A stretch of 63,961 nucleotides of DNA, counting the filler, from Nemertoderma westbladi (Eukaryota; Animalia; Xenacoelomorpha), in NCBI GenBank assembly GCA_032718475.1. It is 3 parts of 3 records of this genome, joined end to end, with 100 filler letters (N's around TTAATTAATTAA, not from the genome) between each part and the next. Parts side by side here need not be neighbours in the genome. Positions count along the whole stretch, not along the records: positions 29,582 to 58,971 come from JAUCBJ010001699.1; 2 more parts are not named here. The stretch is one strand, 5' to 3'. Shown piece by piece: positions 38,094 to 51,419 of this stretch. The translations under genes were made by a program, and so were the position numbers. Numbering within the stretch: position 1 is the first letter of the stretch; each line of letters opens with the position of its first letter. The notes under the pieces were generated by a model. It did no database searches. It saw only the letters and a program-made list of their open reading frames with translations, and was not told the origin of the DNA.

Positions 38094-38525
38094 ATGGATA
38101 AATTTACCGGGGAATGGCAGGTTGTTCGAAATGACGCTCAATTCGAATCCTATTTGGCTCTTATGGGTGTCCCATGGCCAGTTCGCAAAATGGCTGGTAA
38201 ACTATCTCCCGTGCAAAAAATATCGGATCTTGGAGACGGAAAGTACCAGATACGCGTTGAATCTGTGAAACCGATGGAATTTACATTCAACTTAGGTGAA
38301 GAATTCAACGACAAAGCACCAAATGGAGAGATTATGAAAATGATGGTCGAGGTTGTACACGGCAAAGTTGTGCAACACGTCAAAGGAGGAAAAGATGATG
38401 CGTTTATAGGAACCAATTACAGAGAAATAACGGATGATAACGAACTTCTTATGACGATGGAAGGGAAGATGGATTCTAAGGAAGTGACAACTCAGCGATG
38501 GTGGAAGTTGCTCAAGAAATATTAG
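38094..38525 (+). CDS. intracellular lipid-binding protein (FABP/CRABP family), intronless, 143 aa
   Basis: FTGEW N-terminal motif, FESYLALMGV...RKMA helices, FTFNLGEEF, YREI..NELLMTM; TATA-like sequence near 37890. Confidence 0.9.
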   Translation: MDKFTGEWQVVRNDAQFESYLALMGVPWPVRKMAGKLSPVQKISDLGDGKYQIRVESVKPMEFTFNLGEEFNDKAPNGEIMKMMVEVVHGKVVQHVKGGKDDAFIGTNYREITDDNELLMTMEGKMDSKEVTTQRWWKLLKKY

Positions 38526-38777
38526 CGGAACGCATTGTGTATAAACATTACTTATTGTATAGTATCAGTCACTAAGTATTATTCCAATCATTTTTATATT
38601 TAGTAATTATATATTTATTATATTATATATTGTCATATCAAGTTATTAAGTATAATTTGTGTACCGGTATGTAATTAATTATATTGCATGTCAATCCTGA
38701 TTTAAATAGCGCATTTTTTCATGAGGTACTTCATTGGGCACTTATTTGCTCGCTTTTTCTCTTTACTATTTATTAAA

Positions 38778-39476
38778 GGGGTCATCCATAAAAGACGTCC
38801 GAGCTAGAGGGGGGGGAGGGGGGTCGGCCAAATCCGGACATTTACGGACAGGGGGGGGGGGGGGGGGGGGGGGGGTGTAGCAAAATTCGGACGTCTGTTT
38901 TTAAATTTTTTATTGTCAACTTTGCAGCCCATATGGCCAAATGTAGTCTAAACTTAACTTTGGGATGGGCACCTAGGCCCCGCATATTTAAAGTGAAAGT
39001 AAACGTTTGGCTAGGTGTCACAGACGATGCTATTAAGGTCAGCTTTAGATGTCTATCAAACACACTAACTCCCCGGGGCACTGGTTAAGAATAGCCGGAG
39101 GTTAATTTTCGCGAGATTTATATTTGGATATTTGAATGAAATATTATCGTATTACTATTAATCGTGTAATGCTTATGCTGTAGGTCCAGTGAGGCGAATC
39201 GTCACCGGCGAGGCAAGTCTGTTGGTTTGATATTATTATTTAATTATATTGCTAATTTTAATTGTGGCTTCAAGTTTCAGAATCTGGGGAGACGACCAAC
39301 CTAACCCTTGATGGGTGTACCTGTACACTGTACTACACTGTACACTTTTCTAAAATTCGGACATCCGAATAGGGGGGAGGGGGGGGGGGGGGTCAAAAAC
39401 CGGACATTCGCGGACAGGGGGGAGGGGGGGGTCCAAAAATTCGGGATTTTCTCGGACGTCTTTTATGGATGACCCC
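38778..39476. mobile_element. PIF/Harbinger-like MITE with poly-G tracts
   Basis: 26-bp perfect TIRs ggggtcatccataaaagacgtccgag; 3-bp aaa flanks. Confidence 0.85.
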
Positions 39477-39986
39477 AAAGTAATACCAGAATGTTACGGA
39501 GGGTCGAGGGTGTACTGGATAGGTATACCACACAATCAATGAGCTGCATTTACGGTCACCGAGATTAACAGCTTCATCACGACTGGCGACTTTGATAATA
39601 TCTATCCATGACCTTGGACTATGGCATCTCCTGGATTGAACTTACAAGGTGACCGACCAACCAATAACTCTCCTTGCCACCTACTCAAAGGGAAATGTAC
39701 TCTGTGTTGGGGTCGGGCTGCGAGTCCAAACCAAAAGCGAGAACATAGTTATAGAATAATATAATTTTCTATGAATTTTAAAATAACACGTGTTTATTAA
39801 TAAGTTACCACAACTTGATATCAATAACATTACAATAATAATGGTCTGCTTGCTTTTGATAAAATGTATCTACAACAGTTTTATAAGATAAACCGCAAAC
39901 AGAAGCTATTCATTCAGCTAGCTAAAATCAATAAACTAAATAGTGAAAACTGAGGAAATCTATCCACATCTCGGCCTCAACTAGTT

Positions 39987-40190
39987 CTATACGGCAGCGG
40001 CTCCGGATATGATCTCTATGAGTTCGTTGGTGATTACCGATTGTCGCGTTCGATTAAACTGTAATCGCAACCTATCGATCATCTCCCCGGCGTTCTTACT
40101 CGCTGCATCCATCGCGGTCATTCTCGCGCTCTGTTCGCTACAGTTGCCCTCCTTTATGGCGTAGTAAATGAGACTAGCGAACATGAACTC
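39987..40190 (-). CDS. ATP5F1C: ATP synthase F1 gamma, exon 4
   Basis: Acceptor tactttcag; [21 protein letters not shown]...[15 protein letters not shown]. Confidence 0.96.
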   Translation of the reverse strand, partial: EFMFASLIYYAIKEGNCSEQSARMTAMDAASKNAGEMIDRLRLQFNRTRQSVITNELIEIISGAAAV

Positions 40191-41440
40191 CTGAAAGTAT
40201 GTAAATAAATTAAAGTACTAGGACAAGGTACTTTTAATGAGATTTAGTTGTTATATACCGAGATAAGGGATCGACGCAATAAAAATCCATTCTTCGTCAT
40301 GTGAAAATCGGCGCTAATAACAGCTGGTTACTCACAAAAATCAAATTGTAACCTCTACTATGGACTTTAGTTTATCATTTTAGTTAGAATAACAAACCAC
40401 TGTAACTTGATCCTCTCCTGCCCCTTAATTGACAATTTAACATTGAGTAAGACGAATTATTAATTCGACGAGATGTGATTTCTTTAAACCCCCCCCCCCC
40501 CCCCCCGTCTCTAAAATTCCCTTTAGTTGCATTACATTATACACACAGATGATTACAGTACGGTATTTCAATACAGTATCATGTTGCAGTGTCAGAGTGG
40601 ATACAGCTTCGCTTCGCAATGGTGTTTTGCCGCGCTGGTTCAAATCAGAATAAACTGTTGTGTCCCTAAGCTAGTCACTAAAGACATTATTGCTTACGCA
40701 AACCAATGGGAACCAGGTGTATGCCGGGGGTGTATAGAAATGTTAAAAGGATGGGAATTAGTGTGGCGGCCTCCGGTGTTTCGTGTTACAAACGTTCGAT
40801 CACTTTACCTTTTCCCAGTACGATAAATATTGACTTGAGTTTATATCATTGATTGAATATCGTCCCACTGTAACCTGCTCCTTTCCCTTAATTAATAATT
40901 TAAGAACATTGAATCGATATATAAATTTGCCGAGATGGGATAGAATTATAGTAGATCTAGATAGATAAAGATAGAAATAGATAGAAAAAAAGAGTTCTAA
41001 TAAATAAACTTTATAGGATAAATTTAAAGAAATACACATTTTATATATATATATATATACAAAAATATCCACCGAAAATATTGAAAACCTGGTATTATTT
41101 CTTCACATAGGCGTAATATCGTCGCTGCTAATGCGACGAGGCTAAACCATTAAATTAAAATTAACTATATTAATTATCAATTATTGAAATAGAACAGGTT
41201 ACTGTGACATGTACTCCTAACCAAAACAATAAATAATAGTCAAGAGCACATGTTAGCGCCCATGTGAAGAATACAAGGTTTTCACTTTTCGGTCGTAATT
41301 TTATTGAAATTTTAGATATAATATAAATATATTGTTTAAATTTCTCATGCTTTTTATAGTGGTTATTTCTATCAAATAACCTGTATATATATATTAATTA
41401 TATTATTGTTTTGGTTTGGTTAACAAAACATGAAATGTAC

Positions 41441-41661
41441 CTGAAAGCATTGTGTGATCTCGTCAGTACGACCGTCGTACATATCCAGACCAGGTGCCGA
41501 CTGTAGGGACTCGAGACTGTGGATGGGTTTACGGGTAGTCTCGTAGGAAACAGCCGAGCGGAACCTGTTGAAGTACATCTGGGCGAAGTCGAACTTCATA
41601 CCGGACTGCATCACCTGGTCCGCTATAATAGCCGCATCAACGAATGTCGGGGACAAACGGC
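41441..41661 (-). CDS. ATP5F1C: ATP synthase F1 gamma, exon 3
   Basis: Acceptor ttcttccag, donor CAG|GTACAT; PTFVDA...FNRFRSAVSY. Confidence 0.93.
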
Positions 41662-42319
41662 CTGGAAGAAACCAGACGGGGTTAGAATCAGTGGATTAAG
41701 GTTTTCGCATAAAAGTTATATACAATATATTTATCTTTAATTTATCTTATACTTGGCTGACCACCACGTCGCATCTCACCAACCGGCTGACAGAATACAC
41801 GATCAAGGACAGTCTGGTCAGTTCTACGACAATGGGGGTCGGGAAGTATCTACAGGGTGGCGCTGGGTTCTAATAACACGCCACAAATTATATTTTTAAG
41901 CAATTTTAATTTAATAATCTCTCAAATAAATGAATGGAATTATATAAATATAAATAAATATTATCAACCCCATTAGTGCCATTACAGTCTTCATTTAATT
42001 GATCATGATGACATCATTTCATTATTGACAGCCACATCATTATATCAAGTTTACACGCTGGATGTGAAATAGTTATCCCTGGAGCTATGTTATACAAGAG
42101 TGTAAGAGTCACATTGATTGTGAGAGATACCTGGTTCGATCCCGTGTTAATTTCCAATTATTTCACATTGTATATATATTATTAGAAACTACTACAAAGA
42201 GAGTTTCGTATTGATTAATAGCTATCCTATACTATAATACATGAATAAGGGTGAAATACAGTAGTATAATAAATGTACCGGTATGTTGATACTCCAACTC
42301 CATATCATATAATACCGAC

Positions 42320-42472
42320 CTATATTGTTATACGTTAGGTAGTACAGGTTCCTATGGGTTCGGTTTAATATGGATCGAGCTTTATCGCCAATAATAACCA
42401 GTCTCGTCTCAACATTAGCGGAATTCTTCAGGAGATCTGCCTTCAACGCCTTACATATGGAACTGTGGATAC
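42320..42472 (-). CDS. ATP5F1C: ATP synthase F1 gamma, exon 2
   Basis: Acceptor atttctag, donor G|GTCGGT; IHSSICK...IIGDKARSILNRTH. Confidence 0.93.
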
Positions 42473-43817
42473 CTAGAAATACAACCACGAGAAAAATAAT
42501 AACATTATATTCATTAATAGTTTAATAGTGTCGTGTCGTAATTCAGTGACACGCCACTACCCCCAAATATTTCTACGAGTGTTAGAGATTGCATGGATTT
42601 TGAAATAGAAATAGTTTGACATCCGACTTAGTTAGATCTTGTATTTTTTTCTTTCAATCTACAACTACAAGCTGAATAGCGTTTGGAAAAATTAATATTG
42701 CACCAGTTACATAGATCGGCCAAATCACATCTAAGCATGGTAACACCTCAACAGTTTGTGATCAGTAAATCTCCAATACACCTGAAGTTTGAAGTTTTTG
42801 AAGTTTTTTATTACACCAAAACACTATAGAAACAATAATAGAGACGCAAATGGAAACAAATTATATCTTCTTAAACTAAACAGACATGACTCGACTATGT
42901 AGGATGTCACAACTATATTATATTCACTAAGTATACAATTATTACAATTCACAGTAATATAATGGAATAATGAATGGGAGGATATGATGCTTACTAATAC
43001 GAGACAACACAACGTACAATACGAACACAAATGCATTAAAAGCAAAGGTACCTATAACCTATATGTCTGTATGTTGGAAATACCATCCGAATCTCCAATA
43101 AATCTGGTAGACCACCACATATCCTCTCACCAGCCGGGTGCCGGAGAATACGATTATGTACAGATTGATTAGTAATACAATGTCAGTGGCAGGCTTTTCC
43201 AAATCCGTAGTGCCGGCAGTGTGGTGCTGGGTATTTGCGCACAATCCTGCAGTCCTGGTGCATGTAGCATCAATGAATCTATTACGGTATGTTGTCTTCT
43301 GCAGTAAGGGCAGGGACTACGGTAGGAATAAGGGCCTACCGGTACCGTACTCTGTTACTACAACACGGAATAAATTTTCACTTAAAATTTTACAGAAAAA
43401 TAAGGTAATGGAACGTATTACTGTATTACCTGAATTTTCCTGGAGTTGGTCTGTTGGTGACTAATGTTGTACCGGTACTGTCCTGTATCTGTACAATCTG
43501 GTCGTGGGCACAGAAGAGATAAAGTCCATCTACTACCTTACTCCTGTACTCTCTGCGCTGCCCTGCCCGGCTGCCTGTATTTAAGTCGCCTTGTGAGTGT
43601 GACTTGGTAAAATAGAGCAGGTTATTGCTGTAGGCCTATTGTTAATTGTCAATTAGTTTGATAAAGTCAGAAAGTGTAAAGTGATAGGCCTAGGCCTAGT
43701 ACCGGTACGGAACTGCAGAACTGACTGCCCAATACCTGAATATGGAATACAGCAATAGCAGAATAGGCCTAACTGAATCTGTGAATACAGGAATAACATA
43801 ATACAATAATAACCCAC

Positions 43818-44145
43818 CTCCACATAAACCCCGATCACTGGAAATGAGAATAGCAACATGTTTCTGGTCAGCAGTAACCTCGAGTGGTTGAGGGGGGCAT
43901 TGGTCATAGAATTCAACAGCCCCTTCCCCGTAGCCTCTAGCCGCTCGTAATTGACGCTCGCTTTTAGCGTACTTCGAGGCCGCCACCATCTTCATGGATT
44001 TGGTGATCTTCTGAATGTTTGTAACACTCTTTAAACGCCTCGATATATCCTTCAACGTAGCGTATCCTCGGGTCGACTGGCTTGTACATATTTGTGGATT
44101 CGAAGTACCGGTACCACAAATGGTAGATTTAGTTAGCACCGACAT
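43818..44145 (-). CDS. ATP5F1C: ATP synthase F1 gamma, exon 1 (spliced total 906 nt, 301 aa)
   Basis: gccATG at 44145; presequence then [30 protein letters not shown]...SDRGLCG; donor G|GTGGGT. Confidence 0.95.
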
Positions 44146-44426
44146 GGCATAAAGAGTTATGCCTAGGCCTAATTCTTCCACTGAATTTAAACCAACATAC
44201 ACAGACTGACAGATACAGGCATATGACAGTATGACAAAGTCAAAGTCCTACACGTAAATTCAAATTGTATGTAGGCCTAAATTTTGTACCGGTAGCTGGG
44301 TAGGCCTATCCGTATAGACCGCCGATATACAGATATCTGGATATAGGCAGATAGGTGACAGTGACAGCTGACAGGTATGGCTGCATGGCTGTCTGTATGA
44401 TGAGATGGCAGGATGGTACCGGTATA

Positions 44427-44855
44427 CAGTCAGGAACACTGGTCACAATTTGTCCAATTTACAGCCAGAATGTGTCCGCGGAAAATGCTCTCAGAGTGAA
44501 ATTTCTCCATAGAAAACAATGCTAAATTTCATTTGAAAACCAGCAGTGAAATTTTAACATTGGCATTCTGAAAATTATGCCATTAGAACCGCCATAAAAT
44601 TCTGTATAAATTAATTTGAGAATTAGAATCTCATCGTTGTGATATCTATCATTAATATTAAAAGTAAAAATTGTCACCTTATGTGCCTTCTGCTTTGAGG
44701 ACTAGTGAAGTTACAGCCAAAAAAATATGTCCGAAAATATAATCAATCACAGCCTGTGAAGGACAAATAGTGGCTGCACGGACACTTTCTGGCTGTAAAT
44801 ATGTGGATAATGTTTGGCTGAGCTTCAGCCAGAAAGCGACCAGTGTTCCTAACTG
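44427..44855. mobile_element. MITE with CAG termini
   Basis: TIRs cagtcaggaacactggtc / gaccagtgttcctaactg; gtata on both flanks. Confidence 0.75.
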
Positions 44856-44944
44856 GTATAGGCCTAGTCTGCTAGAGGCCGTGTAGCAGTGTAGACGGTA
44901 GCGGTACCCAGGTACCGTTAAACTGTTAAATGGTAGGCCTACAT

Positions 44945-46609
44945 AACTCGCGGTCCCAAAAATAAATGACTAAAACTGTAAAACCCGGTCTCGGTATTAA
45001 CAGATTAAAGTATTAAAGTTAAAATCTAAAATGTTTAAAACCCGGTCTCGGTATTAAAGTATTAAAGTTAAAATGTTTAAAACCCGGTCTCGGTATTAAA
45101 GTATTAAAGTTAAAATGTTTAAAACCCGGTCTCGGTATTAAAGTATTAAAGTTAAAATGTCTAAAACCCGGCCCAAAAATCCCGGTCCAATTTTTTTCTT
45201 TATTTTACGGTACTGCCGCTGTGCCGTAGGCAAGGCGTACTGTATACAAGGCCATGCCTGCATGCCATCGAGTCAACTGGGGGCGGTGACTGGGGGCAAG
45301 ATTTTTTTACAACAATTTGATATTTTGATATGGGGAGAGTTATATAACACTTCATTTGCTGCAATTTTATCAATGGACGTAATTGAAGCATCTTCGTTAA
45401 GTAAGATACAAAATTGTATGGTACAGTAGCTAGTGTTTTAGGTAGGTTTAGCTAGTAATTTCAACACTGGTTCCGACATCCTACTTCCCTCTATAAATAT
45501 TTTGTAGTAGCTAGTTCTTGTTACTATTTTGTATAGAAAATGTTCCAGAAGATGTTAGCTATTCATTTTTAAAAAAAAATTATGTTCTAGAACAAATATT
45601 TTTTGTTCTACAACATTTTTTAGAAAAAAATCTGCCTTGCATCCTTAAGTGGTAGCTTAATGAGTACTGGAGTTTCCTCTGGGGAGTAAAGTTCTGGGGG
45701 GACCGCACTGGAAATAAGTCGTCAGACTTTGTGCGTAATCCCTGGCCTAGCGGCCGAAGAAAATTTATTTTATTTTACTTTACTTTACACTGTACATGAC
45801 ATCCATATACGCGCCAGGATCCTTAATGCGCGCCACACATGTTGAGCAAACTCTACATAAATTCCAAACTGGGCGCTACTGATGAGACGCCTTTTACCAT
45901 TTCAGAACAAATATCATATTACAACATTAATTATTCGGTAGCATAATATTTTCATAATACAGTATCTCTCCTTGCCTCCCGGACTGAGAACATACTGTAA
46001 CATCACTTAAAATCGATTATGTCTTATCTTCTTTAGCAGCTACATTGATGTTGCTGTTTGGTTGTTTTGTTTGTGCTATAATTCTATATATTTTCATTAA
46101 AAAATATAATATATTAAAGACATACTACTTTTTTAGATTAGGGGTATTATTAGAAACAATAAGAATAGAAGAAACAAGAAGAATATTTGTTTATTTCGTT
46201 GATCGACTTTGTGCCAAATACTTCTACTAAACGACCTGGTTTAGGAAATTTGATGGATCATCATATTTGATACCGGTACCACTTTCTGCTTTAGTTTTTG
46301 AGACGTGTACTGTAGCCAGGGGGTAAAAGTCGCGGTAAAGAAGAGCGTTAGCCGTTAGGTCTCATTTGCCATTTAAAGGTGCAGGTCACAGATGCGTTTT
46401 AGGGGAACCAAAATAATAAACGAAAGTTAACACATGTGTTTTGTATATTATGTCTTTACTCTTTGGTCTTTGTTTTGTACTCACCCTCATAAAAACATTA
46501 CAATATAAAATATCATGAAAATGTAAGAAAAAATTGGACCGGGTTTTAGACATTTTAACATTAAGACCGAGACCGGGTTTTAGTCATTTCATTTTTGGGA
46601 TCGCGAGTT
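44945..46609. mobile_element. non-autonomous DNA transposon with subterminal 42-bp tandem repeats
   Basis: TIRs aactcgcggtcccaaaaat..aaatgactaaaac / gttttagtcattt..atttttgggatcgcgagtt; 42-bp units at 45037, 45079 and 45121. Confidence 0.7.
45631..45788 (+). mobile_element. 5'-truncated SINE copy
   Basis: Near-identical to the reverse complement of 56296-56447; (TTTAC)n tail. Confidence 0.8.
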
Positions 46610-46846
46610 TATGGACCAAGTTTTAGTAATTTTACCGTGGACCGTGCAAAAATTGGACCGACGTGGACTGAGTCAGGGGCCGGCCCAGGTTTTAGACAGT
46701 CTCGTTTTAAACGCCTGATTGGAACATTTAATCTGCTGCCATTTTGAAGAGGGAGCTGGAAAGATTCCATGGAAGAGGTGTATTTGCTGTACTTTTCAGA
46801 TGGGGGACCTTGGATGTTGCAGTTAAACATAAACTGTGTGTAGGGT

Positions 46847-48198
46847 CTCATTGATCTCAATTGCTGCAAAGCTATACAATAGAATTCTATTAAATCGCAT
46901 CAGAGATCCCATTGAGAGACTGCTCCGTGGAAATCAGAATGGGTTCCGTAAAGGTCGTGGGTCCATGGAGCCCATTTTGGCACTTAGAAGGATAATTGAA
47001 GATTTATCAAAAAAGAAAGACAGGCATCTGGCTGTTATCTTAGTTGACTTCTTCAAGGCCTTTGATTCAGTCTCTCGCTCACGTATGTTCAGCATACTTT
47101 CATTATATGGGATTCCTGATGAAATGATTGCAGCAATCAGATCAGTATACGATGGTTCGACAACATTTGTGTCTACTGTTGACGGTGACACAGAACCATT
47201 TGAAGTGTTATGGGGCGTCCTCCAGGGAGACACACTTGCACCATTCTTGTTCATAATTGTTGTTGACTATGTTCTACGCATGTCCTTAGATCATCATAAT
47301 GATGATGGGGTGATGATAACTCCACCTACTGGCTCCAGAAGTCGAGGAAATCCTGCCAAGTACCTAACTGATCTAGACTTTGCTGATGACTTAGGAGTAC
47401 TCTCAGAATCACTAGAGGGAGCCCAACGGCTCCACAGCTCATTAGAACACGCTGCTTCTAGTGTTGGTCTTTTTATTAACTCCAGAAAGACCAAAATTTT
47501 GACAGTTGACTTTGAAAGTCCTCAGCAAGTCTCTGATCGGATGAGCATAAGGTCAAAAGATGGTATGCTTGAGCATGTGGATGACTTCTGTTACTTGGGA
47601 TCATGGATCCGGAAGTCAGATGAGGACCTTCGAATACGTAAGGGAAAGGCATGGGCAGCCTTGAATAGGCTTTCCAGGATTTGGAAGTCACCGAGAATTA
47701 ATCGGAAACTTAAGGTCCGGTTATTTAGAGCAGCAGTAGTTCCAGTACTCCTCTATGGGAGTCCATGCTGGGCTCTAACTGCTGAGGACACCAAATCTCT
47801 GGATGGCACATTCACAAGAATGCTACGCCGGGTTCATTGTGTCAAGTTCAATGCACACATCTCCAACCAGACACTATATAACATTGGATGTGTCTCATTG
47901 GTTCCCCCAAGCTTGACACTAGAACAAAATCGCCTCCGCTTTGCAGGACATTGCTTTCGCCGTGAGGACCAGCCAGTGCATAATCTTGTACTTTGGCAGC
48001 CTTATGGAGTGAATAAGCATGGTGGACAGCCCATGACTTTCTTGAGACGCATCTTAAAGGACACTGGCCTTGAAGATGCGGATGATCTAGAAATGTCATG
48101 GGTGATAGGGAGTTGTGGCGGTGCAATTTTGTCGATAAGCCGGCACAGCATTCTTAAAAATGCAGCTGCAATGCAGCATGCCGATCCTAGTAGTAGTA
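46847..48198 (+). mobile_element. 5'-truncated RTE-clade LINE
   Basis: RT motifs GVLQGDTLAPFLF, DLDFADD, FCYLGS, RLRFAGHC; (TAG)n tail; 11-bp TSD gtgtgtagggt (46836 and 48199). Confidence 0.93.
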
Positions 48199-48557
48199 GT
48201 GTGTAGGGTTATTTTCGGGACCGTTATTTTCTTATCTGATTTTATGCTCTGTAGTGATTTATTGTATGGCTGAGTGCATTTGTTTCATTTGTTGGATTTT
48301 ACTTCATATGTGCTTGCTAGCGAGTTTCGCTAGCATTTTAAACAATTTTATTGTACATAATGAATAATTTTAATGTACATCATACACTCCATAATCACAT
48401 CATAAACATCTCCTTGAATCAGTTTTTGTTGAAATTCCCAGGGAAAAAACCAAAAATATTATTAAATTATAAATTATAGGGGATATTTATCGACCACCCG
48501 ATTCATTCAGGACAGCATAATTTCTTTTAACAAAATTAATTCGGAAGGCAAGATTTC

Positions 48558-48848
48558 GCCGATGTGAAGAATACCATGTTTAACTTTTCGGTCCAAACTC
48601 TACTGGAATTTTATAGATAATATGAAGAATTTGTATTTTTTCCAATTTCTCCTTTGAAGTGTTTTATATCGCTTATTCCTATCTTATAACCTGTATAGAT
48701 AGATACTTATTCGTTTATTGTTTTGGTTAGAATCAGCCCTTCTGAAACCTGTGATTTTAGTGAAAACCTGGTATTCTTCACATGGGGATAAACTGCAAAG
48801 TGAAACATAACATCAGAAAGACTGGTATAGGGCCTACTTCACATGGGC
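48558..48848. mobile_element. MITE family A copy
   Basis: Similar to 26897-27145 along its length. Confidence 0.65.
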
Positions 48849-48869
48849 CCATTATTTGCTATACTATAT

Positions 48870-51250
48870 GGCAGACTTCAATGTTGATTTACTTAAAGCT
48901 CATTGACTCGACCCAACGGCGGATTTTTTAAACTTATTATTGGTATATAATTACCACCTAACTAACCAATTCCAAGCCCCCCACTCGAATAACATAATTA
49001 TCTTCAACGCTAATAGATAATTGTAAACACAAAACTCAAATAATTACAGTCGGGAATTTTAATAGCTCCAATTACCAATCAGTGTTTGTCTTATAACGAA
49101 CCTGTCTTTAGACTGGGTAGTTTTTGTCTAAAGCTGAGGCCGGCAAAAACACGATGGATATATTTACCTATATATTTACCTATATCACTATATATGTCAC
49201 TATGTATGTTCACCAAATGGCTTGAAACCACTTGCATGCATTGTAAAATTGTAAACGCAAGTATTTATCAATTGTTGTCTAGTTGTTGAATAAAAAAGTT
49301 GGGAACGATTCGAAGTGCGATATTCGAAATATTTGCATATTTTCAACATTATTGAACGCGAAATTAAATACCCACAACTCCCTTGCTTGAAATGTTTTTC
49401 AGGTGATTGATATTTAGCAATTATTATGAGGTTACTTACTACTGAAATCTGACAGAATGCCAAACGTATTATTATAGTTCTATCTCTATTCAGCCAGTTA
49501 GTGTAAGTACATCATTTATATATCGTATGTATCTATAGGGCCTAATTGTCATCGTTATAATACTGTCATCAACTTAGGCTAAGCTCAATTATAATGTAAA
49601 GGCTTAGTAGGTTTTGTATATCTGGGACGTTTACAACAGCTGTCGATTAAACTAACAAAACCATAAAACTGAACCAGGGTGGCTGCCAGCCGGGTACCAA
49701 CGGCTGTTGGGTAGACTTAAGGGAACATTTCACAAACTTTCATAGGATGCTTGTACATGTACATTATATTGGTTGCTCCGATGTTTTTATTAGGCTAACT
49801 GAGAATGTATCAGGTATAAATACTGTAATTATAGTGTTCTTTATTTTATTTATCTAATACAGAAAAGACCCCTCCGCAGAATAAACTGCTCTTTTGGGCC
49901 GTTTCTCAGGTTGCGGATATGGATACCATTTCACACATCATCGTAGTAATTGTGATTATGATTTGTTTGCCTAGGCGAATGTGTATTACATTAGATGGGA
50001 GGCAGTTTTTTGGTTGATGCAAGTCATTCTTGGTTTGCATCTTCCAATCCCATCTGTTTCTTGGAGTCTGTGTAAGACAGGTTCGTTTAAAGCCATCTTG
50101 ATGGCGTTCTAGTGCTCGTCACCCAACTCAAAAATTCCCAAAAAGAAGACGGACCATAATGGCATTTATGATTCGTTTGTTGAACAATAAAATTTACAAC
50201 AACACATTTCCAATTAAACACATAAAAACTAGGAATCCAGCCACTTCTTGGATAACTGCAGGTTTGTTAAAATGCATAAAAAAAATGGGACCTCTAAAAG
50301 GATTTTATGAAAAATAAGTCTACACAAAATCTCGTATAAAATTAAACAATTAAGAGCTACTTAAGTAACAATAAACATTCTGTTGCCATAGGTAACAGTT
50401 GTTCATACCTCCTTATAAATTATGGCGTGCCGCAAGGATCCATTCTGGGACCTCTATTATTCCGTATTTACTGGAACGACATCGCCAATGTTTCACAAAT
50501 ATAATTAATTATTTTATTTGCTGACGACACAAGGTTGTTTGCTTAAGCAAGGATATGGACACACTTAATATACAATGGTCAATGCGGAACTTAATATACT
50601 TTTTAAACGGTTTTGGGGGAAACCGTCTTTCCCTAAATTTAAAAAAAAAAATTTAATAATAAAACCACATCCATGTAACTTTTCCATACCAATTAATATC
50701 ACGACAGTTAAAAATTAATGAGCAAATTATCCATCAATCATCATTGATAAAAATTTACCTTGTAAACCACAACTAGTAAAACTATTTTATACTGTTAGCA
50801 AAAACATTGGTGTAATAAACAAGGTCAAAGCATTAGCATCTGCCCAAGCCCTGCATAGCCGTTGATATAACTTGATTCATTCATATTTCAATTATTATAT
50901 CGCTGTCTGGGGCCATACATCAGTGAATCAAAGTGTAAAGTGTTGGCAATACCAGCGACCAAACACCAAAAACAGCAGGAAAAAAACATCAGTAAATATA
51001 ATGACGACAATAATAATTGGAAAACTCCATAAGGCTCAAACTAAAATTATAAATTATTATAAACAAACGCAATCCAGAATTTAAACCGCTGACTATTTCC
51101 GATATGTACGTTGAGAGCATTGCGTTGATCAGCTTTAAGTATCTCAATACTATCCTTCCCCATGATGTCCTACCAAACCTTTTGACCTCAGTGTGTCGGC
51201 TGTGCACTCTCATAACACGCGCCAATCGTCAAACCAAAATTCGTTTCATC
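48870..51250 (+). pseudogene. highly decayed CR1/Crack-like LINE, interrupted
   Basis: DFNVDLL and PTRI...STLIDN near 48870-49020; [14 protein letters not shown] and LFADDT near 50420-50530. Confidence 0.7.
49095..50087. mobile_element. candidate MITE
   Basis: 14-bp TIR aacgaacctgtctt / aagacaggttcgtt; TSD unclear. Confidence 0.45.
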
Positions 51251-51419
51251 AACGGTTTCGCCTCAAAATACGTCGGAAATACTTGTACCGTAGTACATTG
51301 TAATAAGTATTTTGCATTATTTATTTTGGGTTCAATCATACAATCATACAGTGCAGTAGGATGTATGTCCGCTTATCTTACATTATTTGGATTTAGTAAA
51401 CTTTCAGACTTAACTTTAC

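Noticed and set aside
39640-39750. Possible HDV-like ribozyme
   Set aside because: Could not assemble the P1/P2/P3/P1.1 nested pseudoknot by eye.
43055-43300. Coding-looking Cys/His-rich stretch in ATP5F1C intron 1
   Set aside because: Stops in the candidate frames and only vague resemblance to transposon accessory proteins; no call is supportable.
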